The notes beneath the pieces were generated by a model that saw nothing but the letters and a program-made list of their open reading frames with translations, was not told the DNA's origin and did not search any database. From Naegleria gruberi (lineage: Eukaryota), in NCBI GenBank assembly GCA_000004985.1, contig GG738920.1: a DNA stretch of 64,000 nt; one strand, written 5' to 3'. The translations under genes and the position numbers were made by a program. This document shows positions 23,937 to 35,574 of the stretch, one piece after another. Position 1 is the stretch's first letter. Every line of letters begins with the position of its first letter.

Positions 23937-25595
23937 ATGTCCCAACAACAACCACAAGCATTGGAAGATTCAATTTCTTCCTCATCATCATTATCAATAT
24001 CGCAACAACAACAATTAAAAACAATGACAACAATGAGCAGTATGGAAAATCCAGATAACGATTCTTCTTCACAACAATTCAAGTTGCCATCATTATCATC
24101 ATCACAATTATTAAATAATTCATCATCGGAATCGGAGCACATTATATATGAAATTAATCAACAACACGATGATGATAATGAAGAAATTGACCAAGAACCA
24201 ATTATTACATCTGGAAAAGAAGAGAAGAATCAATCATCTTCATCATCTTCACTCTCATCCAGAGTTTCAAAATTAATAGACTCCATTCCTCTACTAAAAT
24301 CAATGTTAGGCTGGTTAGCTTGTATTGCAGTGCATACACTCTTTGGTATTCATCCAATCTTTTCGAGGTATCTGCAATCAACATCTCCGAATAAGTTTCC
24401 TCCAATGTTATTGGTGACGAGTTGTCATGTGGCTGCAATTTTGCTATACTCTCCAAGGATTGTCTACTTGTTGATTGTTTATTTGAGGAATAAGTGGAAG
24501 AATAGGAAGGAAATCAAGGAAATGAAGGAAAGAACAATGAATGATGATGAGGAGCAACAGCAGCAGGTTGTGTCTAATACTGCACTATTTGAGAGAATTA
24601 AGAAGAGGATTAAATTCTTCTTACCAATCATTAGTTTCTTTGTTTCATTGGTATTGAGATCATTTACCAATGTTGTTTCGTCCAAATATACAAGTGCACT
24701 ATTTGTTCAATTGTTTGCATTGACCACTCCTTTCATTTTGGCCTTTTTAACAGTATTTGTTTATAACAGATGGTTTATTAGAGATGTAAATAATAAGGAA
24801 AAGTTTGGATTGAAAGCTGGATTGACAATGGTTGTGACATTTGTTGGAGGAGCAATTATAATTATTGGAAGTATTGTTCCAAAATCTGAGAATGTTTCAC
24901 TACCTTGGTATTCATTCATTTTCACATATCAAATTGATTTTAATTCCATTTCTGAAAATATTACATTGTGGGATTTATTGGGCATTGCTTCAAGTATTAT
25001 TTCAAGTGTTTGCCTCGTTTGGTACATGCTCTCATTGAGATATATGAAACAAGAAGAATCTCAGGGAAATGCAGTTAGTGTTACTGGAGAGAGTTTATTC
25101 ATTCTTCAATTGTTTATTCTTGCTTTGACATTTGTTGTACCAAGTTTAATTGTTGATGATTGGACTTTATGGACTAGATTGAATACCAAGGATTGGATCA
25201 TGTTCTTTGGATTTACAATTTTCGTATACATGATGGCTAATCATTTGAATATCTTTGCTATTAGCATGCTTGGATCTACGAGAGTTGGCTCCATGTTAGC
25301 TTTGAGATTAATTTCAACAATCTTTTTCAGTATTCTCATTTTACAAGAATCATTGAAGTCAATTTGGCAATTATTGGGTTGCATCATTGTCTTGGCGAGT
25401 GTGTCATATTTCATGTACTCTGAATCGCAACAAGAGAAGAAGAGTGCAACAGTTCAACAACCTTCCCCTCAAGAAGATGAAGAAGAACACAACAGTACTG
25501 AAATGGACACTGTTGAACTCATTACAAGAGATTCGAATGAAAATTCTCAAAGTGGACAAGTTAAAAACAAGGAGGGCGATATTATGGTCCATTAG
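23937..25595 (+). CDS. Multi-pass membrane transporter of the DMT/EamA-like superfamily, 552 aa, with an S/Q-rich N-terminal tail
   Basis: About 10 hydrophobic helices in two halves, for example 'LGWLACIAVHTLFGIHPIF' and 'IWQLLGCIIVLASVSYFMY'. Single exon. Confidence 0.55.
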   Translation: MSQQQPQALEDSISSSSSLSISQQQQLKTMTTMSSMENPDNDSSSQQFKLPSLSSSQLLNNSSSESEHIIYEINQQHDDDNEEIDQEPIITSGKEEKNQSSSSSSLSSRVSKLIDSIPLLKSMLGWLACIAVHTLFGIHPIFSRYLQSTSPNKFPPMLLVTSCHVAAILLYSPRIVYLLIVYLRNKWKNRKEIKEMKERTMNDDEEQQQQVVSNTALFERIKKRIKFFLPIISFFVSLVLRSFTNVVSSKYTSALFVQLFALTTPFILAFLTVFVYNRWFIRDVNNKEKFGLKAGLTMVVTFVGGAIIIIGSIVPKSENVSLPWYSFIFTYQIDFNSISENITLWDLLGIASSIISSVCLVWYMLSLRYMKQEESQGNAVSVTGESLFILQLFILALTFVVPSLIVDDWTLWTRLNTKDWIMFFGFTIFVYMMANHLNIFAISMLGSTRVGSMLALRLISTIFFSILILQESLKSIWQLLGCIIVLASVSYFMYSESQQEKKSATVQQPSPQEDEEEHNSTEMDTVELITRDSNENSQSGQVKNKEGDIMVH

Positions 25596-26190
25596 ATGGT
25601 GAAAAAATTATTAAACAAGGAAATTATTCTGAAAGTTTCTTTCTATGATCGTAGTAGTTCTGATTATTAATAAAATAAACATCACCTTTACAATTATGCC
25701 ATTAACTGTTGAAGTTTCAATATAATTATTGAATTTAAAATATAACCCACATTAACTGTTAAATATTTAGAAAAGATCAGGTCATGAAGTGATCCGAATG
25801 GTGGAATAAGTGGCGAGGGATAAGTAACCACACTGCAATAATTAATCTTCTCAGTCTTTATCCGTCGTGGTGAAAGCTGGGCAACTTGCCATGTGGATGG
25901 TGTGGTTTCTGTTACTGAACTCGCTCGCCATCTGCACCTGGGAAGTTGTCTTTTGAATATTTAAAGGTAGAAAACAAATGATATTAAAATTCACAATTTT
26001 CAAGCTGATATGAAAGAGGATTAATGCAATAAATCTCGATTTGAATTTTTCATCAACTTATTCAAAAAGAACGTTCCATTCTGTTTGCTTGAAAGAATTT
26101 CAAAATGATGAATAAATAGGTTAATCATATTTAAGCAAGAACTTTAACTAGGGTCAATTAAATTGTATCTTTAAGATTTAAGAAATGTAA

Positions 26191-26262
26191 TCGGGTGTGG
26201 TATAGTGGTAGCATTCCAGACTGTCACTCTGGCGACCCGGGTTCAATTCCCGGCACTCGAGA
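26191..26262 (+). tRNA. tRNA-Asp (anticodon GUC)
   Basis: Cloverleaf: acceptor TCGGGTG/CACTCGA, anticodon stem CCAGA/TCTGG with loop CTGTCAC, T-arm CCGGG-TTCAATT-CCCGG. Confidence 0.85.
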
Positions 26263-26658
26263 TTAATTTTTAACTCTATCTCCAATATTTGAGTTTTACT
26301 TTTTTCATCATATGAGTAATGATATGTAATCTAGCTAATTACCAATTTTCAAAGTTTCATCTCTAAAAACCACCGAGAAAATAAACAAAGATTTAACACT
26401 TTCATTTTTCCTCCTTAAAAATATTCTAAAAGTTCCAAGTTCCTTGCCTATCTTTCAAATTATTTCCGCTTATCAATCAAACTCGAAACAATTCTATTGG
26501 TTGATTCACCACCAATCTTTCAAAATTGTCTCCTTTCTACTCTCAATATGCAAACAAGTTCACTTTAAAATAGTTATAAATACTTAACTGTTATTCGAAA
26601 CTTTAGAAAAACAACAACAAAACAAATATCAAAACAACCAAACTCAAAACTAATCAAA

Positions 26659-27111
26659 ATGATGCTTAATTGTCAATTCAGTGATGAAATTATCAAAACC
26701 TACGAAGAAATGAGAATGGGAAAGGGTTCGAATAAGGATAAAAAGTTTCTCGTATTAAAAATGCAAGAAAGTTCCATTCAAATCGATCAAGAATTGTCCC
26801 AACTCTCTTCCTTGGACGAATTAACTGCCAATCTCCCACCAAAGAATTCTCGTTTCGTTTGCTATCATTTAAGTTTCGAAATGCCATCCCAAAACGAAAC
26901 TTGTCAAATCAGAGAAGGAACCAGAACCAAAATGATGTTTCTCACTTGGTGTCCAAACGAAACCAATGTTAAGGAAAAGTTTCAAGTTGCTGCCACTGTC
27001 AAAACAGTTAAACAAAAATTAAATGGTCTGAGTGCAACTATTCACTGCTCAACCAAGAGTGAAATTGATGAAAAGTCAATGATTGAAAAATGTTTAACTT
27101 TTATGAAATAA
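26659..27111 (+). CDS. Cofilin/ADF (actin-depolymerising factor homology domain), 150 aa
   Basis: Aligns with cofilin: 'SDEIIKTYEEMRMGK', 'LPPKNSRFVCYHLSFE', 'MMFLTWCPNETNVKEKFQVAATVKTVKQKLNG'. Confidence 0.75.
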   Translation: MMLNCQFSDEIIKTYEEMRMGKGSNKDKKFLVLKMQESSIQIDQELSQLSSLDELTANLPPKNSRFVCYHLSFEMPSQNETCQIREGTRTKMMFLTWCPNETNVKEKFQVAATVKTVKQKLNGLSATIHCSTKSEIDEKSMIEKCLTFMK

Positions 27112-27623
27112 TAGACATGAAAACCAACAATTATAAAAATGTAAATAAATGTTTTAAATACTAATCGATGTAATTATTCCAACAACTCTGAATTCTAAAA
27201 TTGAATCATATTTTAATTATTAATAAATTCAAACCACATGCAAAGAAATGCAGAAATAACATCACTTTGTAATAACGATGAATTTTTGCATGGTTCATAA
27301 GAAACATAACTGCAACCCAAACCAACAACAACATGCTGTCCAAACATCTGTTTCTGGTCTAAATATCTTTTCATTTTGCCGTGCAAATCGGAAACTATCT
27401 CGGGACATTGTTATTATTTGAAAACGTCAATTAAGAAAAACCTTAAAAGACTCAGATCAGAATTTTAACACTTGTATTAATAGCTGTTTCAATTGCAGCA
27501 AAACAGTAATTGAAGCTATTATTGCTCCTCAATATCAATAAAAACAGGCAAAATTGTTGTTTTGCCATATTTCAAACTTGATAAAGGACTTTGGCAATAA
27601 GCTTAGTGTAAAATTGGCAAAAA

Positions 27624-27741
27624 GACTACAGCACCACAGGTTCCCAAGTTGTCTCCAACCTCAGTACTGATGTGGCTCGACGATGCTTAACTTCTCAAAT
27701 CGGACGGGATGAGGTGTATTCATCGTGATATGGCCGTAGCC
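27624..27741 (-). rRNA. 5S rRNA gene, copy 1
   Basis: The reverse complement reads 'GGCTACGGCCATATCACGATGAATACACCTCATCCCGTCCGATTTGAGAAGTTAAGCATCGTCGAGCC...GGTTGGAGACAACTTGGGAACCTGTGGTGCTGTAGTC', about 118 nt, followed by a T-run. It matches the eukaryotic 5S consensus, including the box C region. Confidence 0.9.
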
Positions 27742-28141
27742 ATTCTTCATATAAAAACGTGGGAAATAAATCACAAATACAAACAACCTACTTGCAAACA
27801 TTCAAAAACAACCAACTTTGATTAATAAGGAATGATTTAAACAAGCTAATTTGTTGCTTTCCTATTTGGAAAACTCAAACATTTCATATTTAACATTTTG
27901 TAAAGTGTCTTTTATTGATTTTGAAAAGATGAAACAAGATCTTTTGAAACAACTGACATTGCAATGTCAAATTAAATGAAATTTATCACTCAATCAGAAA
28001 TTCTGACAACCACATCGTTAGATCTAGAATATCAAGTAACTGATCTTGAAGTAGATAATGAAATGTTGTTAATCGGACCTCAATTTCACAAAGATTCGTT
28101 CACACATCAAATGTCAAATCGTTTTCAAACAAATAAAAAAA

Positions 28142-31100
28142 ATGCCAAAACCCAAAAACCTAGCCGCCGATCCAGAAGATCAACAACAGCAAGACCAAAC
28201 ACCATCAACACCTCCCACCACATTAGACGAAACTCCATCGAACACAAACGAAACTCTTTCCGAAGAAGAACAAAAATTTCCAACATTTAAATTACGTTCC
28301 TATGAAGCACTTTTAAATCAAATTCCTCGATTTTCTGTTGATGTAGATATGAGTGAAGATACTACTGAAGTTGGAATGGATGAAAATTTGGATAATTACG
28401 AGTTTTCGAGTGATGATGAAGAAAGTTCGAGTTTGATGAGTGAGGAAATGAAATTGTTGAGACAATCGGAGAGGATGACGAGGAATAATGAGATGAATAG
28501 GTTGTCTGTTGGAAGGATTAGTCAGGAATCGAATGATTTGATGCCGTCGCCAAGACATAGACATGGTGGATTGATACTGAAAAAGGAAAATGCTATTTTG
28601 GTGAATAATTTGAAGGAAAAGATGGTTATTTTGAAGAGATTGATTAAACATGAGGCTAATTACTTGTTTGAATTGGATTTGTTGAGAGAGGTTTGTTTGA
28701 TTAATTAATTTTTTAATTTTTTAATTTATTCCAATTGTTTACATTTTTCAAATTTTTTACTTTTTTAATTTTTGGAAACATTTTAAAATAGAAATTCATT
28801 GGAACTCTCAAAAGATCTGATCTAATCAATTCTGAAGAAATGGAAAGATTATTCTGCTATTCTCAATTGAACATTATTTGGAATGTTAATTCTGAACTTT
28901 TGAATCAATTCGAAACTTTTTACACAACTCTTGAACATATTAATGAACAGAGCACTGTAGTTTCTCCAAGAGCATCCACCATTGGTCAAATCTTTATGAG
29001 ATTGACTCCATTTTTGAAGAATTACATTCAATATTCAAATCAGTTGGATACTTGCATTGTTGCAATTAATAATAAGCGATTGAAGGATTCGTATTTCAAG
29101 TCAATTGTTAAAAAGTTGGAGAGAATGTGCACTAAATTGGCATCTGCTGAGAGAAAGGACAGTTCATTTACTCTTTTACAAGCCATGAAGACTCCTCTTC
29201 AACAATTTGTACATTATAGGAAGGCCTTGATTGGTGAGTAGTTTTTTTCTATTAATTTATTCAATGAAAATTAATTTATTTCAATGTGTTATAATTTAAA
29301 TGTAACAATTGAATGGAATTTTCTAATTCAATAGACCTTCTCGCCATTTCACAATCATCCACTGATGAGTGTAACATATTGAACGATTCCTTGAAATTAA
29401 TCGAAGTTGTCAATCAAACTTTCGATCAATCATTGAAGGAAATGAAAAATCGAGAAAAATTCTATGAAATTAACAAGAAAATTTTTAAACAAGCAGAAAC
29501 TGGTGAAGTTGTAACAATAATCAAACCAAATAGAGTATTTATCAATGAGGCAGAGGTTTACATGACCTCCAGTGAGAATAATTATTTGGAAATTCGTAAG
29601 AAAAGGAAGAAGAAGAAGGATAATAATGCAAATGCCATCTCTGTTACTAAATTGGACATTCCAAATGAAAATTTCTTCAAGGATGAAAAGAACAAACTGG
29701 TAGTTTTCCATTTCAATGATTCCATTGTGATTTGTACTTCTACATTCGAAGCTCCAAAACCTCCAAGAAATTCCAATAGAGAAACAGCTGCAAAGAGAAA
29801 GAGATTGAAGCAAGTTGCCTCAATGATTGACTCTAAGAAATTGAGATTTAAAGAGTGCATTGATTTGGAATCGGATCCAGTTCCTTGGATTAGAAACATT
29901 GTTTCTCCAGACCCACCAATTGTTTCAACCTATGATCAAACAGGACAAGAAATTGTTTCTAGATCCAATTCTGATCTCTCTTTCATGTTCCAATTAATTA
30001 CATGGAGTAGAATTTATACATTCAAGTTCATGGATGAAAGTACAAAGACACAATGGATGTATGCTATTCAACAATCCTTGACAGAAATCAAAGTTTCCAG
30101 AAAACAAGACTTGGATTATCCTCATGCCAAATCAGGAGGTTATTTGGAAATTCCTCAATCTTGGGTTTTACCATCAATTCTCGCTATTCAATCGTATATT
30201 AGAAGTTATCTAGTCGTTCAGAAAACTTTGAGAATTAAAAAGAAATCCAGAAAGGGAAATAGAGCTAGATTGAGTGTCATTCATAGAATTAATCAACAGG
30301 ATAACAAATTATTACAAAATCAAGCATTTGCACAGAGCTATCCAAAGAAGGAGTCAATTACCTTGTTGAAGGATTATGAGGAAGATGTCAATGATTCGTA
30401 CATTGTAGTTGAAGAAGAGGAAGAAGATAAACACAACAAACCAAAGGAAACAATCAAGGTTGTTCAAGAAGTGAAGCAGGATCCTATTGTTGAGAGCCAA
30501 CCAGAAACTGTAGTACACACCACTACTGCTTCTACTTCAGTAGAGGAGAAGGTCATTCCAATTCCAATTCAAGACATTCCAGAAACTTCTACAAGAGAAG
30601 AAGAAGAAGAGAAACAAGCAACGGAAACAATTCAAGAAACTCCTCAACCAATTCAGTTGCCAACTAGAGAACCAATTCAACAAGAAGTAGTATCAACTCA
30701 ACAAGTAGTTATTGAAGAAGAAGTGGAAGAAGAATTAGAAGATGAATCACCAGTTACTACACCAGAAGTTAGAAAGGAAATGGTCGATGAAATCATTTAT
30801 GAGGATGAAAATGGTGCTCAATTCTATGTTCGTGTTGGAGATGAAATTGTCTATGAGGATGAATTTGGAAATCAAGTTGTGGAAATTGTAACTCAGGAAA
30901 AGTTTTGGGAAATTGTCAATGCAGCTGATTTGATGGAAGAAGAGGAAGAAATGGAAATGGCTAGCAGATTAACAGAAACTCAACAAGAAACTGTTTTGGA
31001 AACAAAGAATAATAATATTGGTAATGAAAATGTAATTGCCATTCAAAATCCTGTGGTAGAAACAATTGAAAGTATGAAAATTGTGGAAGAACCTCATGTA

Positions 31101-31856
31101 GAAGAAACTCCAATTCCAACCGCTACTCAGCAAGTTATTGAGCTACAACAAGAGCCAGTGTCTACTGTCCAAGATCTCCAACAACCTCTCACTGAACCTG
31201 CCAAAGATGAAGCACCACTTGTATCAACATCAAACAGTCAACCAACAGTTGTTGAAACAAAACAAGAAATTCTCCCTCCTGTTGAATCTGAATCTGAAAC
31301 TTCTCAACACATTGAAACCTTCACAACTGTAGAACCTAGCCCAGTTACCACTCCACAACCAATCAATCATCAAGAAACCACTCCAACTCAACCTCCAAAT
31401 ACCAAACCAATTATTCCAACATTGGATATTCTCAGAAAAACCTCAGACGTCGATGTTCAACAGCCACCTCAGATATTGCAATCTTCACAACCACCTTCTT
31501 CAACTCCACGTAGATCCATTGTAGCTCTCGATTCACCAAGAAAGAAGGAAGAAGAAATTGCACCATGGCAAAAAGAACTCTTAAACAAGTATAAGAATGA
31601 TGGTAAATTCAAATTTGTTACACAGACAGCTGAGGAAAAGATTGCAAGAGCTAGTTTTTCAGATGAGCATCTTCATGAACAAGAGAGTGCAATGATGATG
31701 ACTCCACGTTCTTCTGGTTTTGATCCGAACAATTCTGCAATTGATCCAGTAACAGCAAAGAATCTCAATCGTCAATCCATTAGAATTAGCTCTGATTTCC
31801 AAAACTTTTTGAAAAAGTTTAAAACTATTGAGCAAAAAGCAAATGAAGAACAGTAA
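28142..31856 (+). CDS. RhoGEF (Dbl-homology domain) protein. Model is join(28142..28690,28792..29233,29335..31856), about 1170 aa, with a long acidic/T/P/Q-rich C-terminal region
   Basis: The DH-domain signature spans exons 1-3 ('ILKRLIKHEANYLFELDLLREV', 'IGQIFMRLTPFLKNYIQYSNQ', 'LQAMKTPLQQFVHYRKALIDLL'). Both introns are 101 nt with GT...AG ends and keep the frame. Confidence 0.7.
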
Positions 31857-31967
31857 AATCATTTTCTAATAATTACAATTGTATCTTCATTAATTTCAGT
31901 ACCATTTCAGATTCAAATTAGCTTAGAATATTATCAAACAAGTTAGTAAACCTAGGTAGTAGAGAAT

Positions 31968-33095
31968 TTAGAGTCCAAAATCGTCATCAGTTTCAGAAGA
32001 ACTTGCAGTAGTTGGAGTGAAAGAACCTTCCTTGAATATGTCCTTCTTGAGAGGTGGTTGGATCTTCTTTTTCTTTTTCCTATTGTTGAGACCCAAATCC
32101 TTTGATGCGAGAGGTTGAGCAGATCCTAGAATGGCAGAGACATTACTCGTGTTGAGTTCAGGTGGGCCAGTTGTTGAGCCTGGTGTTGTGTTATTGGAAG
32201 AATTGAGATTATTACCCTTTGCTGGTTGTACTGCTGTGAGTGGATTTTGTCGAGCTGTTATTGAAGCAAGAGGTACATTCACTCTCTGTTTCTTTCCTCC
32301 AGAATTTTCCAAATCAGAATCAGAATCTCCTCCAGTCATCTCAATACCATTTGAATAAGCAAGAATACTCGAAGCAATACTAATCTCTCTAATGTTATTT
32401 CCAATTTGTACAGAACCATCGGAGAGGATTTTACGTGGAAGATTTTGACCACTTGATTTCTTACCTCCCTGTGTTGTTGTTTGTTCTTCATTGAGATCTT
32501 CCTCCCTAGGTCTGACAATGATTGGATGAACTCTTTCCAATCGATTGCATAATTCTCTTCCTGATTCCAAATGAATGTTGAAAAGTTCTATTTGTAATTT
32601 TACATCTCTTAGCTGTTGATTTGTTTCCAATAAAATTGAATAAGACAGAGTAAAACGAGAAAATTTTGATTGATGAAACTGAATGAGCTTCTATTATTTG
32701 TCTTAAAACTTACCATATTCTCCTTTTGTCTTTTAGTTCTAGTCAGTTTATGTAACGATGCTTCCCAATACCTATTTCCGTATCTATTATTTCATCACAC
32801 AGAAATTAAATAATTCACATGATTGAATATTTATACCATTGATCCATTCAAAATTAACTTACCTTTTTATAAAGGTATGAATAACATCCATATCAGCATC
32901 AATTTGTTCCAACTCTGCCACCAGAACAGTATAATATGTATCCAAAGTATTTACTACCTATTTAAATAGCATCCAAACACGATCAATTACAAGTTTTATC
33001 ATTCAATATTAATGTAATAAGGTTCGTTAAATATCGGATTAAATATTCATCAATTAATTAATCAAGTTACATACGGAGAGAAGGCTTTCAGTCAT
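31968..33095 (-). CDS. Hypothetical coiled-coil protein, about 276 aa. Model is join(31968..32612,32714..32783,32863..32957,33075..33095) on the minus strand
   Basis: Exon 1 is 'MTESLLS' followed by a GTATGT donor. Introns of 117, 79 and 101 nt restore one frame: '...VVNTLDTYYTVLVAELEQIDADMDVIHTFIKRYGNRYWEASLHKLTRTKRQKENMLRDVKLQIELFN...'. The C-terminal exon is in the ORF track. Confidence 0.45.
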
Positions 33096-33525
33096 TTTTT
33101 TAAATTTAATAACAACAGTAGATTTTTGGCGCGAAAATGTTTTCAAAAACCATCACTTTTAGAGAATTACACTTTACGATTGATTATTAAAATAATTTGA
33201 TGTTGTTCCGATATAATTTGTTCAAGAAGTGTTGACTACAAGTAAAACATTTTGTTATCGAATTGACTGGTGGCACTATTTATGCATAACGACATTTTGT
33301 TTTTTTCTATCAAACTTTCGATCCACTCACCTCCATTGTTGATTCAATCAGATTTTTCAAGCCAGGTCATCACCACATTAGCTAAAAAAAATTGGATCCA
33401 CTTTGAATTTTGTAAAGTCAAAAAATGAGAAAGACGTTACGGGTTTTAAAAGCTTATTTAAAATGCAAAGGCCTTCCAGCAATTACCAACACAAAACAAA
33501 ATTCACAACAACCTAGATAAATAAA

Positions 33526-34017
33526 ATGCCAGCCAAGACTAAGAAATCCACTGAAAGCAAGGATAAGACCAAGGAAACCAAGAAGGACAAGGTTACCAAG
33601 AAGACCACAAAGGCTTCCGGTGATGGTGAAGAAGGTGAAAAGGACGACAAGAAGAAGAAGTCTAGACATGAATCCTACTCTTCATATATCTACAAAGTCT
33701 TGAGACAAGTCCACTCTGATATTGGTATTTCCACCAAGGCTATGTCTATCATGAACTCCTTCATTCAAGATATCTTTGAAAGAATTGCCAATGAAGCTGC
33801 TCAATTGTGTAGAGTCAATGGTACTAAGACTTTGTCTTCTCGTGAAATCCAAACTGCTGTCAGATTGATCCTCCCAGGTGAATTGGCTAAGCACGCTGTT
33901 TCTGAAGGTACCAAGGCTGTTACCAAGTATCAAACTTCATCAGGAAAGACTGCTCCAAAGAAGAGAGAGAAGAAGGAAAAGAAGGAAAAGTCTGAAAAGA
34001 CTACTGAAAGCAAGTAA
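33526..34017 (+). CDS. H2B: Histone H2B, 163 aa, with a lysine-rich C-terminal extension
   Basis: '[30 protein letters not shown]...[32 protein letters not shown]' is canonical H2B. Single exon. TATA-like 'tatttaaaa' lies about 70 bp upstream. Confidence 0.9.
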   Translation: MPAKTKKSTESKDKTKETKKDKVTKKTTKASGDGEEGEKDDKKKKSRHESYSSYIYKVLRQVHSDIGISTKAMSIMNSFIQDIFERIANEAAQLCRVNGTKTLSSREIQTAVRLILPGELAKHAVSEGTKAVTKYQTSSGKTAPKKREKKEKKEKSEKTTESK

Positions 34018-34357
34018 TTCGATTACTAACATGACACAATTACCTTTTTGTAAATATCATTTACTGGGATGTGTACTGCATCCAACCTAGATTTCACAAC
34101 TTTTGTAACTCATTAAAACAATAACTTAAATTATTTCAATTTGTGTGAATTGTTTTAATATATTTCCGAATCAAAATTGCTAGATTTAGGATGGTGGTAT
34201 CAGTATGGACTTGCACCTTGATGAATTGCTCACTAGTGGGTTTTACACTAGATCAGTGATAATCAAACTTGGATGGCTTGCTCAGGTAGACACTCGATAA
34301 GTTGATTAGTCAGATAATCTATTTCAATCATAATCAGACAAGTCTTGGTGGTAAAAG

Positions 34358-35182
34358 TTAAATATTTAATGATGAAAGAACTCTCTTGAAGAGAATGTTA
34401 TTCTCCAAATGAACATGAATGTACAAGTTTTCTTCCAACTCGGTGAGCAATCTCTTTGTATTCTCCACAGTTTTGCAATAGTCAGGCAATTCCTTTCTCA
34501 TAGAAGCCAACAATTTAATCAACTTGCCAGCTTCATCATGATCCTCCATCAATGATGCTAGTTTACTCTTCAAGAATGGATTACTTTTATCTTGTTGTTC
34601 ATCATATTGAATGATTAGTGGAAAGACATCCTTCTCCTCCTTTACCAAGTGTACAAGCAATTCAGTGGCAAGACTTTGGAAGATCTTGTACATCTTCTCC
34701 ATCAATAGAATAGAAGGATGAGTTGAGGCTACATCTTGCTCATTCTCTCCTGATGATTGTCTGGCTTGTTGAATTAACTTTCCCATATGAACAGTGTAAA
34801 TCTTGAGTAAGAGTTGGGAAAGAACAGGAATATTCTCCCTGAGGTAATCATGATGATGATGAATAATGTGTTGTACAAGTTGGGAAGCTTTCCAATCAAC
34901 CATTCCTTGTTGAAGAGAGGTAGAGGTGTTGTTATTGTCTTCTTGTTGTTGGCAACATTGAATTTCCATCTCTTGTACTTGTTTAATGATTGAAAGACAT
35001 TCCTCTTCAATGTTACTAACAGAAGATGATTCTTGAACAACACTAATCAAACTTCTCTGACCACCACAACAATAGTCAATACCAAGCTTGTTCAATATGA
35101 GAGGTCCTCCTTTTGGATATTTGGCAATCAAATCACCGAGAAGAATTGATGAAGAAAGGTTGTTTTCAGTTTGTTGTTGCAT
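34358..35182 (-). CDS. Repair-of-iron-centres protein (RIC/YtfE/ScdA family): ScdA_N domain plus a hemerythrin-like di-iron domain, 274 aa
   Basis: N-terminal 'LGDLIAKYPKGGPLILNKLGIDYCCGGQRSL' is the ScdA_N (DUF542) motif. It is followed by paired H/E motifs ('HHHHDYLRE', 'HLVKEEKDVFPL', 'MEDHDEAG', 'HVHLENNILF'). Single exon with host-like codon usage. Confidence 0.75.
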   Translation of the reverse strand: MQQQTENNLSSSILLGDLIAKYPKGGPLILNKLGIDYCCGGQRSLISVVQESSSVSNIEEECLSIIKQVQEMEIQCCQQQEDNNNTSTSLQQGMVDWKASQLVQHIIHHHHDYLRENIPVLSQLLLKIYTVHMGKLIQQARQSSGENEQDVASTHPSILLMEKMYKIFQSLATELLVHLVKEEKDVFPLIIQYDEQQDKSNPFLKSKLASLMEDHDEAGKLIKLLASMRKELPDYCKTVENTKRLLTELEENLYIHVHLENNILFKRVLSSLNI

Positions 35183-35574
35183 TGTCAGTATTGTTATTGT
35201 ATTTGTTTTCTAAATTGATAATAACTTCTAATGACCATACAACAGCCTTTAATACTATCCATGATGAGCCATTATTATTTGTGGGGTTTCTTCTTCATTC
35301 CTTATCTATTAACCCATTTGTCCTCCATGATAAAGCCACTGAAGATTATTGTTGGAGAATTTTTTGTTATTTTGAAAATTTTCTCTTCTTGATTTCTGGC
35401 GAAGATGTTCTCAAGTTGTAGCACCAACAAAACCAATTCAACAACAATTCAATTCAATATATAAATAACTAAATATCCACTTCACTCTACTTCTCATCAT
35501 CTTTAAATCTTTCATCAAAATAAAAGAAGCCAAACAAAAAATAAAAAATTGTAAAAAATTTGAAAATATAAAAA

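Noticed and set aside
27290-27320. 'gcaacccaaaccaac' (1.5 telomere repeats) near a 5S gene as a candidate telomerase-RNA template
   Set aside because: It is only an 8-9-nt match. Similar 8-mers occur elsewhere by chance (for example 12720), and no surrounding structure supports it
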